From an uncultured Victivallis sp. (GTDB taxonomy: Bacteria > Verrucomicrobiota > Lentisphaeria > Victivallales > GWF2-50-93): DNA of 64,000 nt. The notes under the pieces were generated by a model, which had not been told where the DNA came from, did not search any database, and saw only the letters and a program-made list of their open reading frames with translations. The stretch lies in assembly GCA_964600895.1 (NCBI GenBank), contig CAZRKP010000005.1, forward strand, positions 118,068-182,067, in the 5' to 3' direction. Shown here one piece after another: positions 59,442 to 64,000 of the stretch (positions are counted from its first letter, which is position 1; every line of letters starts with the position of its first letter). Made by a program: the position numbers and the translations under genes.

Positions 59442-62400
59442 TTATTTTATGTAAAAATCTATCCTTCTGAATTTCCCATCCCTGATCATTTCAGCCACCG
59501 GCGAAGGGGCCACGGCCCTCTTGATCTTCACGGGTTTTCCGTACCCGGTCAATACCATTTCCGTAATCATATCCGGTCCAAAGACATCCTTGCCCGATAA
59601 ATTATGGTAGGCAAGAAGGATTCCATCAAGACATCTGGCGTAGAATGAGCCTTCTTCAATTTCAATCTCTTTCTCAACCCCATCGATGAAGATCCACCCT
59701 TTATCCTTCTTTCCCGTGAAAATCCATTTCGGCAGCACCGGAGAAACACAGAAGACAAGTTTCCCATCCCCATCAAGCCTGAAGGGTTTTTCTCCAAGAG
59801 CCATTATGAGCAGCATATTGTAGAACTCGGATGTAGATCCGCTGAGCCTGGCAACAAAGCCGCTTCCATGAACCGACCTGTCGGGATTTGCGGAACTCGC
59901 AATGAAGGAGCTGTTCTCAAAAATGCTCCTGCCATATGTCCCGGGGTCCATGAATGGCACAAGAGCATTCTGCACGTCACGGAAGAATTCCCTGTAGAGG
60001 CCTTTACGAAGGAGTTCAAGGAGATATTTGTATTCCATGTGCAGGAAGACCGACTCGTTCTCCAGCCAGCCGGGAGTGAACGCGCGTATCCTTCCGATCT
60101 CCAGCGGATACTTTTCAAGCGAGGCGTTGACCTTGTACATCCCGAGCTTTTCATCGAAGAGCTGGGAATTCCGTACTGACTTGTATAGCAAAGCGCCCTT
60201 TTCCACAGTATCCGAATCCTTCATTCCGTGCACCTGCCCCTCCAGGAACGGAGGGAGTTGCACCTGCCTGAATTTCCTGACGACAATCCCTTTTTCAACT
60301 TTTTCACCATCTGCGCTTCTGAATTCAACAATGTCGTATTTCTCCGGGATGTTGATGAAATAAGTGCTGTAGAGGCCGGTCTTCATGTTGAACGACTTCG
60401 AAATTCCCTTCTCCGCCTTCAATATGCAGAGCTCCGAGAAAAGCAGGATCTCATTTTTAGTGACATCCTTCTCCTGTCCCTTTACCCCGAACTTGGTCTC
60501 CTCCCTGAACTTCTCCCTGGCCGAACTTGCGTAGTCCCAGCACTCGTGATTGCTGAATTCACCGGATTCCAAGTTCTTCTCAAGCGCCTTGCTTACTGCA
60601 TTGAAGAATTTGGAAGCCTCAACTGGAATGCATATGGAGTCATCATCGTCCCTCAGGACCCCGGCATACCTCTTGATGCTCTCGGCAAGACGCTTTATTT
60701 CGAAAGTCTCGGAAATGCATGATCCGAACATTGCAGGAAGCCCGTTGATGGCATCGTTCCAGCTCGGTTTCCCCGCTTCCATCTCAACACCGACGCCGCT
60801 GGCGTCGATGGATGACACCTTGTTGATGAGAAGGATGAGAAGTTTTCCCAAAAGGGTTGTCCGGTATATCACACCCTTCCCATTCTGTGTCCGGACCTTG
60901 TTGGGATCTATCTTCCTCGAACGGATCATCTTGTCCTTAGCAAAAATCCTGACCAGAGAATTCAGCTGCGACGGGTTTGTTCCATTGTAAAGGACATATT
61001 TCCGTGATCTGGGCTGGACGAAGTAGCAGTCATCGTAGAAAGTCAATGTCATCTCAAGCATCAGTTCCCTGATCCTGTCGGGGAACATGCTTTCATAGCT
61101 GTCTATCAGGTCGAGATTGTAGAACCAGTGGTCGATCCAGTATCCTTCCCCGTGTGAAGCCTCACCGTTCTTCTCGGAACGAAGAAGTATCTCGGAGACA
61201 AAATCCTCGAGAGGCATCTTGAGCCTGATCTTCCTTGATTTCAGGAAGTCTATCAACGTATATGGTATGAACTTTTTCCTGAAGAATCCGTATAGCATCT
61301 GCGGATTATCGGTCTTCTCTCGGAGAAATCTCCTGTTGTCACCGGATGACTCGAACCTGTATGAGACCCCTTTCACAACAAGCGGATTGTAACCGTCAAG
61401 CTGTATGAGGCTGAGAAAATATTCTATGTTGGACTCCAGGACGTCCGGATTGCAGAAGACATCGTTGCGCCTGTTCTGGTTGATGTCACGGTATCCTCCG
61501 TTGCCCTGAGAATAGAAGGTCGGCATGATCAGGAACGAATTGTAGTCCCTTTCCGGATCCCCGTGTTTCCTGGAGTAGACATGTATGACGTCCCTCTTCT
61601 CCCCTTTTGCTGATCTGATCGATACCGGAAGCCCGCCACGCAGGACGTTGTCGATGAAGTTCTGCCCGCAATACGAGTCGAATGCCGGGGACGACGATTT
61701 TACGAAGCACTTGTCGGCGATGTCAAGGATTATCCTCCTGTTGTCTTCGCGGGAAGATGTGACGAATTCCGGAGAGCTGATCCTGCCAAGCATGCTGTTC
61801 AAGACTGAAAGATTCTCTGAATTTCCGAATATAGAAAATACTGTTCTTGACATGCCGGATCCGAGTGTGAAATTCGAGATCCCCATCGCGCATGGCGTCC
61901 TGTTCACGAACATGAGCGGATCGGAGGACTGGGTCCTGCCATCCGCGAAAATCTCAGGATGCCGGAAACCCGTATCCATTCCGAATACAGCCTGGGGATT
62001 GATGACCGGCAGACACATCCTCGTCCTGCCTTTATCCTCCGTGAAGTGGAGGAAGAAATTGCCTCTGTCGATCTTCACGACATCCGGCTTGTCATCGTTC
62101 ATGGCCTGAATGTGTAAGAACGGTGCGTTCCTCTCCAGATTCTCGGCGAACGCCCAGGCTTCAATTGTGCGGCTCATGTTCTTCAGGAAATTCTCAAGCA
62201 TTCCGAAACAATTTATGTTGGGTAGTCCGTCAAGCATCTCTACGACCGCGGGATCCCTGCCGGTATTCGTGAGCGTGACTATCCTTGCGAACATCGCACA
62301 TGGCTGTCCGGGAACCGTGAAATATGAAATCCTTATGTCAAAACCCGTGGTTGCATCAGTCTCTTCAATCTCGATCTCGTATGGACGGATCTTCATCAGG

Positions 62401-62723
62401 GTTTCAGCCTGTTCAGAAGAGAAGAACTCCTTGAAACCCGATTCCTCCCCCCTTTTCCAGTTTAAGAATGTCCTGAATCCGCGCGTAGCAGTTAGATTAT
62501 ATGCCTTGTTGGCGGCATGGAACTCGAGGATTGCTCCATCCTTGCTTTCAATCCCGAAACTGCTTATGCACTGGCCCCGGTTGGTGTAGAAGGCCCACAT
62601 CGGAATACCGTCGAGTCCTGCTATTCCCGGAAGGAAACTGGAAAACGGCTTTGCCCTGGCAAAATTCCTGATGCAGAAAGTGAACCTTTCATCAGGAATG
62701 AAATATTCCGGGCTGTTGCTCAT
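59442..62723 (-). CDS. Large (1093 aa) cytoplasmic glycoside phosphorylase/hydrolase-like protein (GH94/GH149/GH161-like candidate)
   Basis: No signal peptide. Its size, the internal 'GNGGYRDINQNRRND' motif and its position next to a GH81 gene and an oligosaccharide ABC importer fit a beta-1,3-glucan phosphorylase. This is unverified. Confidence 0.45.
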   Translation of the reverse strand: MSNSPEYFIPDERFTFCIRNFARAKPFSSFLPGIAGLDGIPMWAFYTNRGQCISSFGIESKDGAILEFHAANKAYNLTATRGFRTFLNWKRGEESGFKEFFSSEQAETLMKIRPYEIEIEETDATTGFDIRISYFTVPGQPCAMFARIVTLTNTGRDPAVVEMLDGLPNINCFGMLENFLKNMSRTIEAWAFAENLERNAPFLHIQAMNDDKPDVVKIDRGNFFLHFTEDKGRTRMCLPVINPQAVFGMDTGFRHPEIFADGRTQSSDPLMFVNRTPCAMGISNFTLGSGMSRTVFSIFGNSENLSVLNSMLGRISSPEFVTSSREDNRRIILDIADKCFVKSSSPAFDSYCGQNFIDNVLRGGLPVSIRSAKGEKRDVIHVYSRKHGDPERDYNSFLIMPTFYSQGNGGYRDINQNRRNDVFCNPDVLESNIEYFLSLIQLDGYNPLVVKGVSYRFESSGDNRRFLREKTDNPQMLYGFFRKKFIPYTLIDFLKSRKIRLKMPLEDFVSEILLRSEKNGEASHGEGYWIDHWFYNLDLIDSYESMFPDRIRELMLEMTLTFYDDCYFVQPRSRKYVLYNGTNPSQLNSLVRIFAKDKMIRSRKIDPNKVRTQNGKGVIYRTTLLGKLLILLINKVSSIDASGVGVEMEAGKPSWNDAINGLPAMFGSCISETFEIKRLAESIKRYAGVLRDDDDSICIPVEASKFFNAVSKALEKNLESGEFSNHECWDYASSAREKFREETKFGVKGQEKDVTKNEILLFSELCILKAEKGISKSFNMKTGLYSTYFINIPEKYDIVEFRSADGEKVEKGIVVRKFRQVQLPPFLEGQVHGMKDSDTVEKGALLYKSVRNSQLFDEKLGMYKVNASLEKYPLEIGRIRAFTPGWLENESVFLHMEYKYLLELLRKGLYREFFRDVQNALVPFMDPGTYGRSIFENSSFIASSANPDRSVHGSGFVARLSGSTSEFYNMLLIMALGEKPFRLDGDGKLVFCVSPVLPKWIFTGKKDKGWIFIDGVEKEIEIEEGSFYARCLDGILLAYHNLSGKDVFGPDMITEMVLTGYGKPVKIKRAVAPSPVAEMIRDGKFRRIDFYIK

Positions 62724-62745
62724 AATAGTTTCTCCAATCCGATGA

Positions 62746-64000
62746 CTATTTTACTTCGTTCCTGGAAAGGATTCCAGCGGGGGCTGTAACACTTCCAATC
62801 CTTTTCCCGTCCTTGAAAACGCCAACCGCGGCATCCTTGGAATCCGGATTATAGATCACGGCGGTATACCTTCCTTTTGCATCGCGGAACACGGTGCTGG
62901 ATGGAACCGATGTATTGCAGTTCCAGGCTATCTGTCCAAGCGACTGAAGGCTGTGCGTATAATAATATGTAAGTGTCGCCCGGCCGAACTGGCCAAGCTT
63001 GTCGTTTGCCGTATATGCCTCATCAAGTACTTTTGCAGCACGGGCAGGATCACCGAACATGGCATATCCGACCGCGATGTTTCCCCAGTCGTCGCCAAGT
63101 TTAGTGAAAGGGACAGGCGTCCCCTTGCCCTGCACCTTCAGCATGTTGTCCACCTGCCAGGTCGCGAATGCGGGATCTTTTCCAAGATATTGCAGGGAGG
63201 TCCACATCGGCAACCACTGGATTCCGTAGACATGTATCGCCTCACCGCTGAACCAGGTCCAGTATCCAATATCGCGGTCCCGGAGAACGCTGACGATCGT
63301 ATGCTTGTTCTTGTAGTTAGGCGAGTAGTTAGAAGCTTCGGGCCCGATCTTCCAGGAATAATAATCGTTCCAATATTCGGCGATTGCCTCAGCCTCTATC
63401 GCCCATCCCATCGCTCCGGCAGCAACCATGTCCTCGTCCTTCAGCATGACTCCCAGCAGGAACAAGCCTGTCCATCCCCCCATCGATTCAGAAGAAGATT
63501 CCTGGTTGTTGCCGTCATTGAAGTTCGATCCTCCTCCAGCATAACAATGTCCGTTCCAGGGATCGAAGCAGCGCATCCAGGGAAAATCCTTGTCTTTCCG
63601 GTCCCAGTTTGCATACTGCTTTGCGACCAGCTTCAGCATCGGTCCGTAATCCAAGCCCCACTGAGGATCCTCCATTGCAAGTAGTGCTCCAGCTAACGTA
63701 AAATATCCATAATGGAAATGGTTGTCTGTGAAACCTCCGGACCCATAACTTGTCTTGAATCCCACCAGACCGCTCCATGGTGGAGGATATTTTGCGAAGA
63801 AGTGGGCGTTCTCGCCGGGAGTGTATGTAAGCCAGTCTGTCAGGCAGGTCTTTGTCATTTCATGTAACTTGTCGGCTTCAGGAAGCTTCAGCTGGCGCGC
63901 CATGGCCATAGTCTCTGCCATGACAAGAAAATCCTTCGCTCCCCAGTAGGTATCGTCACCATATTTCTTGCCGTTTTTCTCAGCTGTCCATTTCTGTATG
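62746..64000 (-). CDS. GH81 endo-beta-1,3-glucanase (C-terminal part; the gene continues beyond the right edge)
   Basis: 'GGFTDNHFHYGYF' and 'GNNQESSSESMGGW' are the GH81 signature blocks. The frame is open from 63921 to 64000 ('...IQKWTAEKNGKKYGDDTYWGAKDFLVMAETMAMA'). Confidence 0.85.
   Translation of the reverse strand, partial: IQKWTAEKNGKKYGDDTYWGAKDFLVMAETMAMARQLKLPEADKLHEMTKTCLTDWLTYTPGENAHFFAKYPPPWSGLVGFKTSYGSGGFTDNHFHYGYFTLAGALLAMEDPQWGLDYGPMLKLVAKQYANWDRKDKDFPWMRCFDPWNGHCYAGGGSNFNDGNNQESSSESMGGWTGLFLLGVMLKDEDMVAAGAMGWAIEAEAIAEYWNDYYSWKIGPEASNYSPNYKNKHTIVSVLRDRDIGYWTWFSGEAIHVYGIQWLPMWTSLQYLGKDPAFATWQVDNMLKVQGKGTPVPFTKLGDDWGNIAVGYAMFGDPARAAKVLDEAYTANDKLGQFGRATLTYYYTHSLQSLGQIAWNCNTSVPSSTVFRDAKGRYTAVIYNPDSKDAAVGVFKDGKRIGSVTAPAGILSRNEVK

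Overview
This is a 64 kb chromosomal window from a bacterium, with no rRNA, tRNA, CRISPR array or recognisable transposase or integrase. Gene content suggests the PVC superphylum, most likely a Lentisphaerota/Victivallales-like organism. That placement is inferred from four traits: prepilin-type '[16 protein letters not shown]' N-termini on non-pilus proteins, many Ser/Thr kinases with WD40 ectodomains, AraC regulators paired with URO-D-family genes, and dense glycan-utilisation genes.

Single housekeeping genes (rpsD, rplU, purC, pckG, hisB, purB, hisH-hisA) are scattered between accessory blocks:
- 0.3-9.7 kb: sugar-oxidoreductase, beta-helix and pilin-like genes with a GntR/LacI-hybrid regulator.
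- 11.5-19.6 kb: a kinase island holding a predicted pseudokinase and a tandem pair of kinase-TM-WD40 paralogues.
- 20.6-25.7 kb: a signalling block with a soluble Cys-motif histidine kinase, a REC-Ser/Thr-kinase-zinc-ribbon fusion and a zinc-ribbon-FHA protein.
- 25.85-29.87 kb: a translationally coupled three-gene operon, described below.
- 32.1-33.3 kb: a sigma-70/ECF-like factor fused to an FHA domain.
- 52.8-64 kb: a beta-1,3-glucan (laminarin-type) utilisation locus with a GH81 enzyme, a ~1100-aa phosphorylase-like protein, a clan GH-A hydrolase and a sugar ABC transporter.

The most unusual item is the three-gene operon. Its first product is a DUF2207-like single-pass membrane protein whose cytoplasmic C-terminus is a codon-diversified (Ala-Cys-His-Ser)n repeat. 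Next comes a PqqD/RRE-radical SAM-SPASM maturase, followed by an uncharacterised four-TM protein. I read this as a candidate RiPP-like modification system that acts on the tail of a large membrane protein.

Intergenic regions also carry several families of short 8-9-bp-periodic 'word' repeats (GGATG/CATCC, CACAGAA, TCAGAAT/CAGGAG). Some sit in conserved positions relative to start codons. One 32-bp perfect inverted repeat brackets a 242-bp segment.

All functional calls come from reading the translated ORFs and motifs by eye. No database search was run.
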